Positions 39,687 through 50,506 are shown, counted from the first letter of the stretch. The stretch: 64,000 nt of DNA from Bacteroidales bacterium (GCA_038249705.1 JBBSDC010000002.1:1442-65441); one strand, 5' to 3'. Notes: a model not told the origin generated them from the sequence alone. Numbers and translations are program-made.

Positions 39687-40490
39687 TTAATTTTTATGTT
39701 TATCTGCATTATGACAGCAGGTTTCAGCGGTACAATGCTCAGGCTTTTCGACTACCAGCACCACACTGAAAATCCCTTCATCCGAATTAATATCATTATA
39801 TTTTCTGATCCCTTCTGCATCCAGGTATTTCTCCAATAACTCATCGGGCAGTTTAACTTTATTTACTTCAACTATTCCACCCTGTGCAAAACCAGTTTTT
39901 CTGAAGTAATTCATAAAAGCATCCACTTTTTCGGCACCAGAAATACAACCTGCAAAAGCCGATGCTTCTTTACGGAGATCATCAGGAATATCCTCAAGAA
40001 TCACAAAATCCGACACACACACATACCCGTTATGTTTAACAACACGGTACATTTCGTCAGCAACCTTTTGCTTATTGGTTTGCAGATTGAAAACGCAGGT
40101 CGAATAAATAACATCGGCATATTCGTCGGGTACAGGAGCTGCTTCAATATCACCCAATCTGAATTCCACATTATTAACTTTCACTGAATCAAGCAATCCG
40201 CGTGCAGTTTCAATATTTTGTTCCGATTTATCGATACCTATTACTTTACCTGTATTACCTACAATACTGGCTAAAGAAATGGATTCGTTGCCCGTTCCTG
40301 ATCCGAATTCGACAACGCGATCGCCTTCCTGTAAAAGTTGGAAACGCGATGGAAGATCAGGATTTATTTCGGAATTTTCGTCAATGCCCTCTGCGCTGCC
40401 TGAATGTGAGCCACAACCTCCTGAACCGCAACCACAAGCACTGTTTTTAACTTTGTCGGTATTTTCAATTGTTTTTTGTTCTGTCTCCAT
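39687..40490 (-). CDS. arsM: Arsenite S-adenosylmethionine methyltransferase-like protein (ArsM family)
   Basis: SAM motif I VVEFGSGTGNE and an ArsM-like FAGCISGA motif are present. There is an N-terminal Cys cluster (ACGCGSGGCGSHSG) and a C-terminal Cys cluster (HCTAETCCHNADKH). Confidence 0.65.
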   Translation of the reverse strand: METEQKTIENTDKVKNSACGCGSGGCGSHSGSAEGIDENSEINPDLPSRFQLLQEGDRVVEFGSGTGNESISLASIVGNTGKVIGIDKSEQNIETARGLLDSVKVNNVEFRLGDIEAAPVPDEYADVIYSTCVFNLQTNKQKVADEMYRVVKHNGYVCVSDFVILEDIPDDLRKEASAFAGCISGAEKVDAFMNYFRKTGFAQGGIVEVNKVKLPDELLEKYLDAEGIRKYNDINSDEGIFSVVLVVEKPEHCTAETCCHNADKHKN

Positions 40491-40845
40491 ATGTTGTATT
40501 TTTTGTTTTATTGATGTTTATATACTGAAGTAACCTTTTCAACTTTAAGTTAACACTTGTTTGCGATTAAGGTTTTGCAATCCCGAATATTTAATTTCTA
40601 TATACGTCCGCTTTCTATCCTGAACTTTCAAAAATAAATGAGAATTTCACGGTCTTACTAATTGTAAAGGAATTAATAAATTCCTGAAAAAATTAAGCAA
40701 ATCATGAGGATTGAAAATACTCAAAATCTGAAGATTCTAATAATTATTATTCAAGATTTTGAAGCTAAAGAGCCACCAATAAGTCCTATAGCTGTTATGA
40801 CTATTAAAAATCCTTAAAATAAGCAAGTGGTATGCTTCAATCCTT

Positions 40846-40853
40846 TAACTTTG
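40846..40853 (+). promoter_or_regulatory. Putative -7 promoter box (TAACTTTG) for the FKBP-recX-prfB gene string
   Basis: Exact TAnnTTTG match 18 nt upstream of ATG 40872. Confidence 0.45.
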
Positions 40854-40871
40854 CACGAAAATTCTTAAACC

Positions 40872-41327
40872 ATGCTTCGCAATCTTTTAGCCTTTGCTTT
40901 TTTACTCATCATTATAGCTTCATGTGATACTGATACAACCGATTATGGCCCTATCGATAAAAAAATAATTGAAGACTACCTGGCTGATAGCAACCTTAAA
41001 GCTCAATCAACCGCATCAGGATTATATTATATTATCGAAAAACAAGGCGGAGCTAATGCCCCTACAATCAACTCTATTGTTGTAGCAAACTATAAAGGTT
41101 ATCTGACTGACGGAACTGTGTTTGATGAATCAAAAAAAGGAAGTCCCGTCTCATTAGCCCTTAAATCGGTAATTGCCGGATGGCAGGAAGGTTTACAGTT
41201 GATAGGTGTTAAAGGTAAAATAAAACTTCTGGTTCCTTCATCATTAGGGTATGGTTCATCCGGAAAAGGTGCTGTTCCGGCTAATGCTGTATTGATATTT
41301 GATATTGAACTGGTAGAATTCTATTAG
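40872..41327 (+). CDS. FKBP-type peptidyl-prolyl cis-trans isomerase (lipoprotein)
   Basis: Lipobox IIASC and an FKBP domain (YKGYLTDGTVFDES...VIAGWQEGLQLIGVKGKIKLLVPSSLGYG...IPANAVLIFDIELV). Confidence 0.85.
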   Translation: MLRNLLAFAFLLIIIASCDTDTTDYGPIDKKIIEDYLADSNLKAQSTASGLYYIIEKQGGANAPTINSIVVANYKGYLTDGTVFDESKKGSPVSLALKSVIAGWQEGLQLIGVKGKIKLLVPSSLGYGSSGKGAVPANAVLIFDIELVEFY

Positions 41328-41332
41328 GATAA

Positions 41333-41824
41333 ATGAACGACCGGAACCATGATAATTCTTCACTTGATTTCGGACAATCGTACCGGAAAGCTGCTGATTA
41401 TTGTTCCAGTCAGGACCGCTGCAACAGCGAAATCCGTTATAAACTGAAATACTGGAATATCGACAAGCGTTTTATTGATGATATCATCAGTAAACTTACT
41501 GAAGAAGGGTTTCTGAACGAAAAACGCTTCGCTGTCAATTATGCCGGTGGGAAATTCAGAATGAACGGCTGGGGCAAAATTAAAATTACTTCTGAGCTTA
41601 AAATGAGAGGCATTCCTACGGAATATTTACAGGAAGCACTTGCTGCAATTGATGAAAATGATTATATGTTGTATCTGAAAGAGATACTTCTGAAAAAAAT
41701 GAAACAACTCGGCAGCAATTCACCAGCTAACAGGCAGAAAGCAATATTTTTCGCCGCATCACGCGGTTTTGAACCCTTTCATGTTTCATCACTTTTAAAA
41801 AACAACGATTTACTCGATTCGTAA
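41333..41824 (+). CDS. recX: Recombination regulator RecX
   Basis: A 163-aa helical-repeat protein. The segments AADYCSSQDRCNSEIRYKL and FLNEKRFAVNYAGGKFRMNGWGKIKITSELKMRGI are typical of RecX. Confidence 0.8.
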   Translation: MNDRNHDNSSLDFGQSYRKAADYCSSQDRCNSEIRYKLKYWNIDKRFIDDIISKLTEEGFLNEKRFAVNYAGGKFRMNGWGKIKITSELKMRGIPTEYLQEALAAIDENDYMLYLKEILLKKMKQLGSNSPANRQKAIFFAASRGFEPFHVSSLLKNNDLLDS

Positions 41825-41839
41825 TTACAATTTACCAAT

Positions 41840-42935
41840 ATGATAAACATTGAAACCCTTAAAGAACTATCAAAGCGACTCGAAGCGCTGAGGAGGTTCC
41901 TTTGACGTGGAAACCAAGCTTGAACTCATCGCCGACGAAGAAAAAATAACTCTCGCACCGGGTTTCTGGGACGATCCTAAAAAAGCAGAAGCCGTTCTCA
42001 AATCAATACAGGAAAAGAAAAGCTGGACCAATGCATATTCCGAAGCCGAAGTTTCGCTGGCCGACCTAAATGTGTTGTTTGAGTTTTTTCAGGCTAACGA
42101 AGCCACTGAAGAGGAAGTAGAAGAACATTACGCGAAAACCAAAGCACTTTTCGACCATCTCGAATTCCGAAACATGCTCCGGAACGAGGAAGACGGACTG
42201 AGCGCCATCCTTCAGATTAATTCGGGAGCAGGCGGTACCGAAAGCCAGGACTGGGCTCAAATGCTTATGCGTATGTATATCCGCTGGTCCGAACGGAATA
42301 ATTATAAAGTAAGGGAACTCGATTTAAATGAAGGCGATGGAGCAGGTATAAAATCCGTTTCAATTGAAATAGAAGGCGACCATGCTTTCGGCTATCTGAA
42401 AGGCGAAAACGGTGTTCACCGCCTGGTTCGCCTCTCTCCTTTCGATTCGGCTAACCGCCGCCATACTTCGTTTGCTTCAGTTTATGTATATCCCGTTGTT
42501 GACGATAATATTGACATTCAGCTCAACCAAGCTGATTTAAGCTGGGATACTTTCCGCAGCAGCGGTCCGGGAGGGCAAAATGTAAATAAAGTAGAAACAG
42601 CAGTACGACTGTATCATGCGCCTTCGGGGATTGTAGTCGAATGCCAGGTTACCCGCTCGCAGCAACAAAACCGTGATAAAGCAATACAGATGCTTAAATC
42701 GCAGCTTTACGAAATTGAACTCCGTAAGAAAAAAGAAGCACAAGCCGAAATTGAAGGTAACAAGAAAAAAATTGAATGGGGATCGCAAATCCGTAATTAT
42801 GTGCTTCATCCATACAAAATGGTTAAAGATATACGCACCGGACACGAGACTTCCAATGCTTTTGAAGTACTCGACGGCGATTTGAACGAATTCATCAAAT
42901 CGTACCTGATGGAATTTGGCAGAAACGAAATGTAA
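41840..42935 (+). CDS. prfB: Peptide chain release factor 2, expressed through a programmed +1 frameshift
   Basis: ORF0 (41840-41902) reads [21 protein letters not shown] and is followed by an in-frame TGA (41903-41905). The +1 frame from GAC 41904 continues DVETKLELI... to 42935. The SPF tripeptide (RLSPFDS) and GGQ motif (GPGGQNVNK) are present. The ORF track shows only the downstream frame (41907..42935). Confidence 0.95.
41891..41906 (+). promoter_or_regulatory. RF2 +1 frameshift site: AGGAGG-TTC-CTT-TGA-C
   Basis: An SD-like AGGAGG (41891-41896) is followed by a 3-nt spacer and the slippery CTT TGA C (41900-41906). The geometry is the same as the E. coli prfB site. Confidence 0.9.
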
Positions 42936-43124
42936 TTCACTGATTCAGGAATTTCTGTTTTTTTACGAACTAACAGTAAACGGTACTTAAGGAAACAGAA
43001 TTTATACATGGCCATCAGAAATCTCTTTTTCTGATTTTTGACTGCTTTTTATCTTTCTTTACAACCATAAATATTCATATTTTCAGGAAAGAAATTCTTT
43101 CAATTTACTGAATAAAAGTTTCCC

Positions 43125-43132
43125 TATCTTTG
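43125..43132 (+). promoter_or_regulatory. Putative -7 promoter box (TATCTTTG) for the arsC-family gene
   Basis: Exact TAnnTTTG match 30 nt upstream of ATG 43163. It overlaps the ORF-track TTG 'start' at 43130, which argues against that start. Confidence 0.45.
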
Positions 43133-43162
43133 AGAAGAAATCCACTCTTTCAGATAAAACAT

Positions 43163-43504
43163 ATGATAACAATTTACCACAACCCCAAATGCCGTAAGTC
43201 ACGTGCCGGCCTGCAATACCTTCAGGAAAAAGGTCTTGAACATACCGTTGTTGAATACCTTAAAACCCCTTTTACGCGCGAAAAGTTTAAAGAGCTGCTG
43301 ATGAAACTCAACATGCGCCCGTTCGAAATTGTGCGTACACAGGAAGATGAGTATAAAGAAAAACTGAAAGGTAAAAATTTTACCGACGAAGAGTGGATAA
43401 CAATCATCCTCGAAAACCCAAAATTAATCCAACGCCCAATAGTTGTACGAAATCATAAAGCAGTGCTGGCACAACCGGCCGATGAAATTGAACGCTTATT
43501 CTAG
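43163..43504 (+). CDS. arsC: ArsC-family protein (glutaredoxin-type arsenate reductase / Spx-YffB superfamily)
   Basis: MITIYHNPKCRKSRAGLQYL carries the N-terminal catalytic-Cys motif (HNPxCxxSR). The protein is 113 aa and has the late motif QRPIV. Confidence 0.65.
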   Translation: MITIYHNPKCRKSRAGLQYLQEKGLEHTVVEYLKTPFTREKFKELLMKLNMRPFEIVRTQEDEYKEKLKGKNFTDEEWITIILENPKLIQRPIVVRNHKAVLAQPADEIERLF

Positions 43505-43601
43505 TGTTTCACTTTAAGACAAGTGACAATTTCTTACTTCTTTTTTATTCCGGAATTCCCCGGAAACATTAACGATTTATAAAATACTAAACTCATAAAT
43601 C

Positions 43602-44987
43602 ATGAAAACCCGCATCGAAAAAGACACTATGGGATCGGTAGAAGTTCCTGCCGATAAATACTGGGGCGCACAAACACAGCGTTCGAAAGACAATTTCCGC
43701 ATTGGCGATGGACATATGCCTATTGAGATTATCAGGGCATTTGCTATTTTGAAAAAAGCCGCAGCCCTCACTAACCGCGACCTGGGGGTTTTATCTGCTG
43801 ATAAATGCGAACTGATTGGAAAGGCTTGCGACGAAATATATCAGGGGAAACTGGATGATCAGTTCCCGCTGGTTGTATGGCAAACCGGTTCGGGCACACA
43901 AAGTAACATGAATGTGAATGAAGTAGTTAGCAACCGTGGTCATGTAATTGCAGGCGGAATACTTGGCGAAGGTAAAAGTCCTTTGCATCCGAATGACGAT
44001 GTAAACAAATCGCAGAGCAGCAACGACACTTTCCCAACGGCCATGTCGATTGCAGCCTATAAAATGATAACGGAAATAACACTTCCCGGTGTTCAGAAAT
44101 TACGTGAAACGCTCAACGCTAAGGCTAAAGAATTTGCAGGCATAGTTAAAATTGGTCGCACTCATCTAATGGATGCTACTCCGCTAACCCTTGGGCAGGA
44201 GTTTTCGGGCTATGTTTCGCAACTCGATCATGGAATCAGAGCCATAAAAAATACACTTCCTCACCTTGCCGAACTTGCTCTGGGAGGCACCGCTGTAGGA
44301 ACGGGAATTAATACACCAAAAGGATACGATGTAAAAGTAGCTGAGCATATTGCTTCGTTAACTGGTTTGCCATTTGTTACCGCCGAAAATAAATTTGAAG
44401 CTCTATCGAGTCACGATAATATCATGGAAGCATCAGGTGCTATTAAAACACTCGCTACCAGCCTTATGCATATTTCAAGCAATATCCGTTTACTTGCTTC
44501 CGGTCCGCGGTGTGGCATCGGCGAGCTTCATCTTCCGGAAAACGAACCCGGCTCGTCCATTATGCCGGGAAAAGTAAATCCAACTCAAAACGAATCGCTT
44601 ACCATGGTTTGCGCGCAGGTAATCGGATGCGATGCAGCCATCACTGTTGCTAACACCCATGGCCATTTTCAGTTAAATGTTTTCAAACCTGTAATTATTT
44701 ATAATTTCCTGATGGCAGCAAGGCTGATAGGCGATGCAAGTGTTTCGTTTAACGATAACTGTGCAGTCGGCATTGAAGCCAATCTCGCATTCATTGGTAA
44801 AAATCTCGAAAATTCACTTATGCTGGTCACCGCACTCAACACACATATTGGTTACGAAAATGCTGCCAAGATTGCCAAAAAAGCACATCACGAAGGCACA
44901 ACATTACGCGAAGCAGCTATGTCGCTTGGATTAGTAACCGACGCACAATTCAGCGAATGGGTTGATCCTACTAAAATGATTGGATAA
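43602..44987 (+). CDS. fumC: Class II fumarate hydratase
   Basis: It has the signature [13 protein letters not shown] and the N-terminus [25 protein letters not shown] (461 aa). Confidence 0.95.
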   Translation: MKTRIEKDTMGSVEVPADKYWGAQTQRSKDNFRIGDGHMPIEIIRAFAILKKAAALTNRDLGVLSADKCELIGKACDEIYQGKLDDQFPLVVWQTGSGTQSNMNVNEVVSNRGHVIAGGILGEGKSPLHPNDDVNKSQSSNDTFPTAMSIAAYKMITEITLPGVQKLRETLNAKAKEFAGIVKIGRTHLMDATPLTLGQEFSGYVSQLDHGIRAIKNTLPHLAELALGGTAVGTGINTPKGYDVKVAEHIASLTGLPFVTAENKFEALSSHDNIMEASGAIKTLATSLMHISSNIRLLASGPRCGIGELHLPENEPGSSIMPGKVNPTQNESLTMVCAQVIGCDAAITVANTHGHFQLNVFKPVIIYNFLMAARLIGDASVSFNDNCAVGIEANLAFIGKNLENSLMLVTALNTHIGYENAAKIAKKAHHEGTTLREAAMSLGLVTDAQFSEWVDPTKMIG

Positions 44988-45014
44988 ACGCCTCTCAAAC
45001 AATTTCTTATAATG

Positions 45015-45047
45015 CCCTTAGCCATTCATTTTGCTAAGGGTTTTTTG
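45015..45047 (+). terminator. Rho-independent terminator of fumC
   Basis: Stem CCCTTAGC (45015-45022) / GCTAAGGG (45033-45040), 10-nt loop, then TTTTTTG. Confidence 0.75.
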
Positions 45048-45103
45048 TTTGGGAAGAATGTGTAACTTAATAGGGAAAAATACCATTGCAATGATAATTG
45101 GGT

Positions 45104-45111
45104 TACCTTTG
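45104..45111 (+). promoter_or_regulatory. Putative -7 promoter box (TACCTTTG) for corA
   Basis: Exact TAnnTTTG match 72 nt upstream of ATG 45183. Confidence 0.4.
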
Positions 45112-45182
45112 TACCCTATATCAAAACAAACGCAGGAATGTAAAATTCAGCATAATTTACGATCATTAAAACAGGGCAACCT

Positions 45183-46091
45183 ATGATTCAGACTATTAAA
45201 ATAGGCACGCTTAAGTGGCATTATATTGAAGATCCATCTGACGAGGATCTCGGATTTCTGAAAGATAACTTTCATTTCCACCCTCTCGATATTGAAGATT
45301 GCCGGAGTGTGAATCAACGACCTAAGATCGATATTTACGATGACTATTACTTCCTTATCCTACATTTTCCACATTACGACCGCTGGAACCGTTTCCTGAA
45401 AACTAAAGAAGTAAAAATTTTCTGGGGCGAAGATTATATTATCACAATAGGAAAACCGCATTGGGTTGTAAGCAGCCTGTTCAACAGCGCCAAAGAAAAA
45501 AGCGATCCTTACGAAATATTGCAGGCCGGAACTTCGGATGCTTTACTTTACAAAGTTCTTGAAAAACTGATGCAGGAAACACTTTCACTCATTAGCAAAT
45601 TAGGTATAGAACTCGAACTGATCAACCGCGAACTTTTTGGTAAAAAAGCGGAAAAAACCATTGAGCGTATTTCGCTAACCCGCCGGAATATGATACTACT
45701 CAACACTATTTTCAAGCCGCAGCTGAGGCTGTTCCAGAAATTCGAATCCGGCCAGATTGAAGGTTATGCCGAAAATATGGAGGAATACTGGGGAAATATC
45801 CTCGACTATTACCAGAAAATGTGGGATATGATTGAAGATTATGAAGAGCTGATCGAAGGCCTTTCAAAAACCTTCGATTCCATGCAGAGCAACCGCACCA
45901 ACGAAATTATGAAAGCGCTCACCCTTATTTCGTCCATTTTGCTGCCTCTCACTTTTATCGCCAGCCTCTACGGTATGAATGTGAAATTGCCTTTCGGAAA
46001 CGAAAACGCTATGTTCTGGATGTTGATGGGAGCTATGGTATTGATTTCAGCTGGTTTTATTTATATGTTTAAAGTGAAGAAGTGGATGTAA
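45183..46091 (+). CDS. corA: CorA-family magnesium/cobalt transporter
   Basis: It has the YGMNV signature (LYGMNVKLPF) between two C-terminal TM helices and a CorA-like cytoplasmic N-domain. Confidence 0.85.
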   Translation: MIQTIKIGTLKWHYIEDPSDEDLGFLKDNFHFHPLDIEDCRSVNQRPKIDIYDDYYFLILHFPHYDRWNRFLKTKEVKIFWGEDYIITIGKPHWVVSSLFNSAKEKSDPYEILQAGTSDALLYKVLEKLMQETLSLISKLGIELELINRELFGKKAEKTIERISLTRRNMILLNTIFKPQLRLFQKFESGQIEGYAENMEEYWGNILDYYQKMWDMIEDYEELIEGLSKTFDSMQSNRTNEIMKALTLISSILLPLTFIASLYGMNVKLPFGNENAMFWMLMGAMVLISAGFIYMFKVKKWM

Positions 46092-46099
46092 TGCCACAT

Positions 46100-47242
46100 T
46101 TATAGTAACGAATCTTTTTCTTCCTGAAATTTCTCCATTTTCGGATTCATAATCTCTCCGGGACTCATAATTCCTTCCTGTCTGCGTATCGATTCTTCAT
46201 GTACAAGCTGCAACATCTGAAGCAGGAATTCGCGGTCGAGCCCAATGCGTGAACCAAGGTTGAGCCGGTCGAAAATAATATCACTCCAGCGGCGAATTTG
46301 CAAAATTGTGATATTGTTTTCCTTTTTATATTGCCCGATTTCGTCCACTATTTTCATGCGGCGGCTCAAAATATCGAGCAATTCCGCATCCATTTTATCA
46401 ATTTCGCGGCGAAGCATTTCGAGCTTGGTTTCAAATTCCTTATTCCCTGTAGTCTGTCTAACGATAAGAGAACCTAAAAGTGTTTCCAGATCGAAAGGCG
46501 TAATCTGCTGATTGGCATCGGTTAAGGCGTGATCAGGATCAATATGTGATTCTATCATTAAACCAGCCATCTCGAGATCCAGTGCTTTTTGACTTACCTG
46601 TAGCAACAAATCGCGGCGACCGCAGATATGGCTTGGGTCGCAGATTACAGGCAAATCCGGAATCTGTCGCTGTAGTTCGATCGGTATTTCCCACATCGGC
46701 TGATTGCGGTATAAGGCATGGCGATAATAATAAAAACCACGGTGAATGGCTGCAAGTTTTCTGATGCCAGCCTGGTTAAGCCTTTCGAGTGCTCCCAGCC
46801 AAAGCGAAATATCGGGGTTCAGCGGATTTTTAACCATAACCGGAATATCAACGCCTTTCAGCACTTCCGATAACTCCTGAACCGAAAACGGATTAACAAC
46901 CGTTCGGGCACCAAGCCAAAGTATATCCACATTATTTTTCAGGCAGGCTTCCACATGTTCGGGGCGTGCAACTTCTACAGCAGTAAGAAGCCCGGTTTCC
47001 TGCTGAACATCTTTAAGCCATTGCAGTCCAACTTCGCCAACACCTTCAAACGCCGAGGGTCTTGTCCGCGGTTTCCATAATCCGGCCCTGAAAACTCTTA
47101 CCTGGGGAATAGCTGCCAGTTTTAGGGCTACATCCATAACCTGAGTATACGATTCGGCACTGCACGGTCCGCTTATCACCAGAGGGGAACTTCCTTTTGG
47201 TATCCAATCACTGAGTGGAATTATATCTAATTGTTTCTCCAT
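46100..47242 (-). CDS. Bifunctional 3-deoxy-7-phosphoheptulonate synthase (type I-beta) / chorismate mutase type II
   Basis: An N-terminal KDO8P/DAHP-synthase-like barrel (ISGPCSAES, RAGLWKPRTRP, FEGVG, LPVICDPSHI) is followed by a C-terminal chorismate mutase helix bundle (LRREIDKMDAELLDILSRRMKIVDEIGQYKKENNITILQIRRW). Confidence 0.85.
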   Translation of the reverse strand: MEKQLDIIPLSDWIPKGSSPLVISGPCSAESYTQVMDVALKLAAIPQVRVFRAGLWKPRTRPSAFEGVGEVGLQWLKDVQQETGLLTAVEVARPEHVEACLKNNVDILWLGARTVVNPFSVQELSEVLKGVDIPVMVKNPLNPDISLWLGALERLNQAGIRKLAAIHRGFYYYRHALYRNQPMWEIPIELQRQIPDLPVICDPSHICGRRDLLLQVSQKALDLEMAGLMIESHIDPDHALTDANQQITPFDLETLLGSLIVRQTTGNKEFETKLEMLRREIDKMDAELLDILSRRMKIVDEIGQYKKENNITILQIRRWSDIIFDRLNLGSRIGLDREFLLQMLQLVHEESIRRQEGIMSPGEIMNPKMEKFQEEKDSLL

Positions 47243-47362
47243 AATATTGATTGGGTAAAAGTAATCAAAACATACTTCCTAAAGTTTGCCGGGCATTACA
47301 GATTTATAAAATGTTGCTTTTACCATGAACAAGAATCACCGGTAGATTTCTGAATATTTACT

Positions 47363-47370
47363 TACCTTTG
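47363..47370 (+). promoter_or_regulatory. Putative -7 promoter box (TACCTTTG) for asnS
   Basis: Exact TAnnTTTG match 48 nt upstream of ATG 47419. It overlaps the ORF-track start at 47368. Confidence 0.45.
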
Positions 47371-47418
47371 CACATTGGCACAATAATAAAACCCCAAACA
47401 TCTAATTATAAAGCATTT

Positions 47419-48825
47419 ATGTCGGAATCGAAAAGAACGAAAATAGTTGATCTCCTTAAAACACCCGAAAAAACAGGTATAGGAAACATTGTAACAATAA
47501 AAGGCTGGGTTCGCACCAAACGCGGAAATAAGAATGTTGCTTTTATTGCGCTCAACGATGGTTCAATTATTCACAGCATACAAGTGGTGGTTGATCTAGC
47601 AAATTTTGATGAAGAAATTCTGAAACAAATAAATACCGGTGCTTGCATATCGGTTACCGGAACTTTGGTCGAATCGCCCGGAGCCGGACAATCGGTGGAA
47701 ATGCATGCCGATCATATTGAAGTTTACGGCAGCGCTGACCCGGAAACATATCCATTACAAAAAAAAGGACATACTCTCGAATTTCTGCGCGAAATTGCTC
47801 ACCTCAGGCCACGCACCAATACATTTGGAGCTGTATTGCGTATCAGGCACAACATGGCTTTTGCTGTTCATAAATATTTTAACGACAAAGGCTTTTATTA
47901 TATACACACACCCATTATAACAGGTTCCGATGCCGAAGGTGCCGGTGCAATGTTTAAAGTAACAACGCTCGATCTGAATAATTTGCCTAAAAACGAAACC
48001 GGTGATATTGACTATTCACAGGACTTTTTTGGCAAAAGCACAAATCTTACTGTTTCGGGTCAGCTAAATGGGGAACTGGCAGCAATGGCCTTGTCCGAAA
48101 TTTACACGTTCGGGCCTACTTTCAGAGCCGAAAACAGCAATACTCCACGCCACCTTGCTGAGTTCTGGATGATTGAACCCGAAATGGCATTTTACGATAT
48201 TGTTGACAACATGGATCTTGCCGAAGATTTCCTGAAATATCTTATCCGTTATGCCATTGAAAATTGTTACGACGATCTCGAATTCCTACAGAAAATGTAC
48301 GACAACGAACTGATCGAACGCCTTAATTTTGTGGTAAATAACGATTTCGAACGACTGTCCTACACCCGTGCCATAGAAATACTGCTGGCATCAGGACAAA
48401 AATTCGAATTCCCTGTCGAATGGGGCGTTGACTTACAATCGGAACACGAACGTTTCCTGGTCGAAAAAGTTTTTTTGAAACCCGTTATCCTTACCGATTA
48501 TCCTAAGGAAATAAAAGCATTTTATATGAAACAGAATGAGGATGGCAAAACTGTAAGAGCCATGGACGTTCTTTTTCCACGCATAGGCGAAATAATAGGC
48601 GGATCGCAACGCGAAGAAAATTATGATAAACTGATTGCACGCATACACGAACTTCACATCCCTGAAAAGGATATGTGGTGGTATCTCGAAACCCGTAAAT
48701 TTGGTACAGCACCTCATGCCGGCTTCGGATTGGGTTTCGAAAGGCTGATGCTTTTTGTAACCGGAATGCTAAATATCCGCGATGTGATTCCTTTTCCCCG
48801 CACTCCTATGACTGCTGATTTTTAA
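47419..48825 (+). CDS. asnS: Asparagine--tRNA ligase
   Basis: An OB-fold anticodon-binding N-domain and class-II aaRS motifs ([24 protein letters not shown]; GFGLGFERL) are present. The start is taken at ATG 47419 (MSESKRTKI...). Confidence 0.9.
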   Translation: MSESKRTKIVDLLKTPEKTGIGNIVTIKGWVRTKRGNKNVAFIALNDGSIIHSIQVVVDLANFDEEILKQINTGACISVTGTLVESPGAGQSVEMHADHIEVYGSADPETYPLQKKGHTLEFLREIAHLRPRTNTFGAVLRIRHNMAFAVHKYFNDKGFYYIHTPIITGSDAEGAGAMFKVTTLDLNNLPKNETGDIDYSQDFFGKSTNLTVSGQLNGELAAMALSEIYTFGPTFRAENSNTPRHLAEFWMIEPEMAFYDIVDNMDLAEDFLKYLIRYAIENCYDDLEFLQKMYDNELIERLNFVVNNDFERLSYTRAIEILLASGQKFEFPVEWGVDLQSEHERFLVEKVFLKPVILTDYPKEIKAFYMKQNEDGKTVRAMDVLFPRIGEIIGGSQREENYDKLIARIHELHIPEKDMWWYLETRKFGTAPHAGFGLGFERLMLFVTGMLNIRDVIPFPRTPMTADF

Positions 48826-48872
48826 GCCTGTAAAATGACTTTTTATAACTTGCACCATTAATCAAATAGACC

Positions 48873-48880
48873 TACCTTTG
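48873..48880 (+). promoter_or_regulatory. Putative -7 promoter box (TACCTTTG) for rpoN
   Basis: Exact TAnnTTTG match 33 nt upstream of ATG 48914. A TTG lies about 20 nt further upstream (48850-48852) as a possible -33 element. Confidence 0.5.
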
Positions 48881-48913
48881 GAATAAAGTAAATACCCTTA
48901 CCCTAATACAATT

Positions 48914-50383
48914 ATGCTTAATCAACGCCTTCAACAGAAATTATTACAAAAGCTCTCCCCTCAGCAGATATTGCTGATGAAACTTTTGCAGATTCCTTCG
49001 ATGGCTCTTGAACAACGCATCAAACAGGAAATTGAGGAAAATCCGGTTCTGGAAATAGATGACGAGTACGATCAGGAAAAAGAGAGTGAAAATGACGATT
49101 TTGATGATCCGAATAAGGACAGCAATGATGATCAGCGAAGTAATGATGTTGACATTAACGACTACCTGAGTGATGATGATGTTCCCTCCTACAGGTTAAA
49201 TGCGGGTAACACATCAGCCAGCGACGAACACAAAGAAATACCGATGGTTGCCGATACAGGATTTCATGAATCACTGTTAACCCAGCTCGATCTTAAAGAA
49301 TTTCCTTCACAGAAAAGAATAATAGGAACTACAATTATTGGCAATCTTGATGAAGCTGGCTACCTGCAACGCGATTTAAATGCTATGATCGACGATCTTG
49401 CATTTACACAGAGCGTTACAACCAACCTCGAAGAAATTGAGTTTATGCTCAAGGTTGTTCAGAGTTTTGAACCCGCCGGAGTTGCTGCCCGAAGTCTGCA
49501 GGAATGCCTTATACTCCAGTTGAAGAGACTTGACATATCGCCATCAGTAAAACTGGCAATAATTATACTCGACCGTTGCTTTGAGGATTTCACAAAGAAA
49601 CATTACGACAAAATCATGAAACGCACCCATTCGGAAGAAGACGATCTGAGGGATGCAATAAACGAAATATTAAAACTCAATCCGAAACCGGGCAGTGCGT
49701 TCAGTCCGTCAACTGCAGGCAATCAATATGTAATTCCTGATTTCATTGTCGATAATAAAGATGGAATTCTGGAACTTACACTCAATCAGCGCAACATGCC
49801 TGAACTCAAGTTGAGCCGCACTTATACGGATATGCTTGAAACATACGGCGAGAATAAACACCGGAAAGAGAAAAACGATTCGCAACGTGATGCTGTAATC
49901 TTTATTAAACAAAAAATTGATTCGGCCCGTTGGTTCATCGAAGCAATAAAACAAAGGCAGGATACTCTTTACGTGACCATGAGTGCAATTATGGATTACC
50001 AGCAAAAGTATTTCCTCGAAGGTGACGAAACCTTGCTGCGGCCAATGATCCTGAAAGATATTGCCGAACGCGTGGGGCTCGATATTTCGACTATTTCGCG
50101 TGTAGCCAACAGCAAATACGTTCAAACTCCTTTCGGGACTTTCCTACTGAAAAGCTTTTTCTCAGAGTCGATACAAAATGACCAGGGTGAAGAAATCTCC
50201 ACCAGGGAAATTAAAAAAATTCTTGCCGATTGCATTGTAGCAGAGGATAAAAGCAAACCACTTACTGACGAGGAATTAACTGCTATCCTGAAACAAAAAG
50301 GCTACCCCATTGCCCGCCGCACTGTTGCAAAATACCGCGAACAACTTAATATTGCTGTTGCACGTCTGCGCAAAGTAATGTAA
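48914..50383 (+). CDS. rpoN: RNA polymerase sigma-54 factor
   Basis: Region I (MLNQRLQQKLLQKLSPQQILLMKLLQ), an acidic region II, an HTH, and the RpoN box ARRTVAKYR. Confidence 0.95.
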   Translation: MLNQRLQQKLLQKLSPQQILLMKLLQIPSMALEQRIKQEIEENPVLEIDDEYDQEKESENDDFDDPNKDSNDDQRSNDVDINDYLSDDDVPSYRLNAGNTSASDEHKEIPMVADTGFHESLLTQLDLKEFPSQKRIIGTTIIGNLDEAGYLQRDLNAMIDDLAFTQSVTTNLEEIEFMLKVVQSFEPAGVAARSLQECLILQLKRLDISPSVKLAIIILDRCFEDFTKKHYDKIMKRTHSEEDDLRDAINEILKLNPKPGSAFSPSTAGNQYVIPDFIVDNKDGILELTLNQRNMPELKLSRTYTDMLETYGENKHRKEKNDSQRDAVIFIKQKIDSARWFIEAIKQRQDTLYVTMSAIMDYQQKYFLEGDETLLRPMILKDIAERVGLDISTISRVANSKYVQTPFGTFLLKSFFSESIQNDQGEEISTREIKKILADCIVAEDKSKPLTDEELTAILKQKGYPIARRTVAKYREQLNIAVARLRKVM

Positions 50384-50506
50384 TACCTGTCTGAACATAA
50401 TTCCTCTGCAGTGATCAAAAAATCAACTTCCGGAACACACATCCTAATCTTCGTGCTTTAATTTGCATCAGGTTTATTTTTATTTATCCTTTCGAAATTC
50501 AGCTTT

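Noticed and set aside
40703-40816. 37-aa ORF (MRIENTQNLKILIIIIQDFEAKEPPISPIAVMTIKNP) in the arsM-FKBP intergenic region
   Set aside because: It is short, has no promoter box or recognisable motif, and its AT-rich sequence yields such ORFs by chance.
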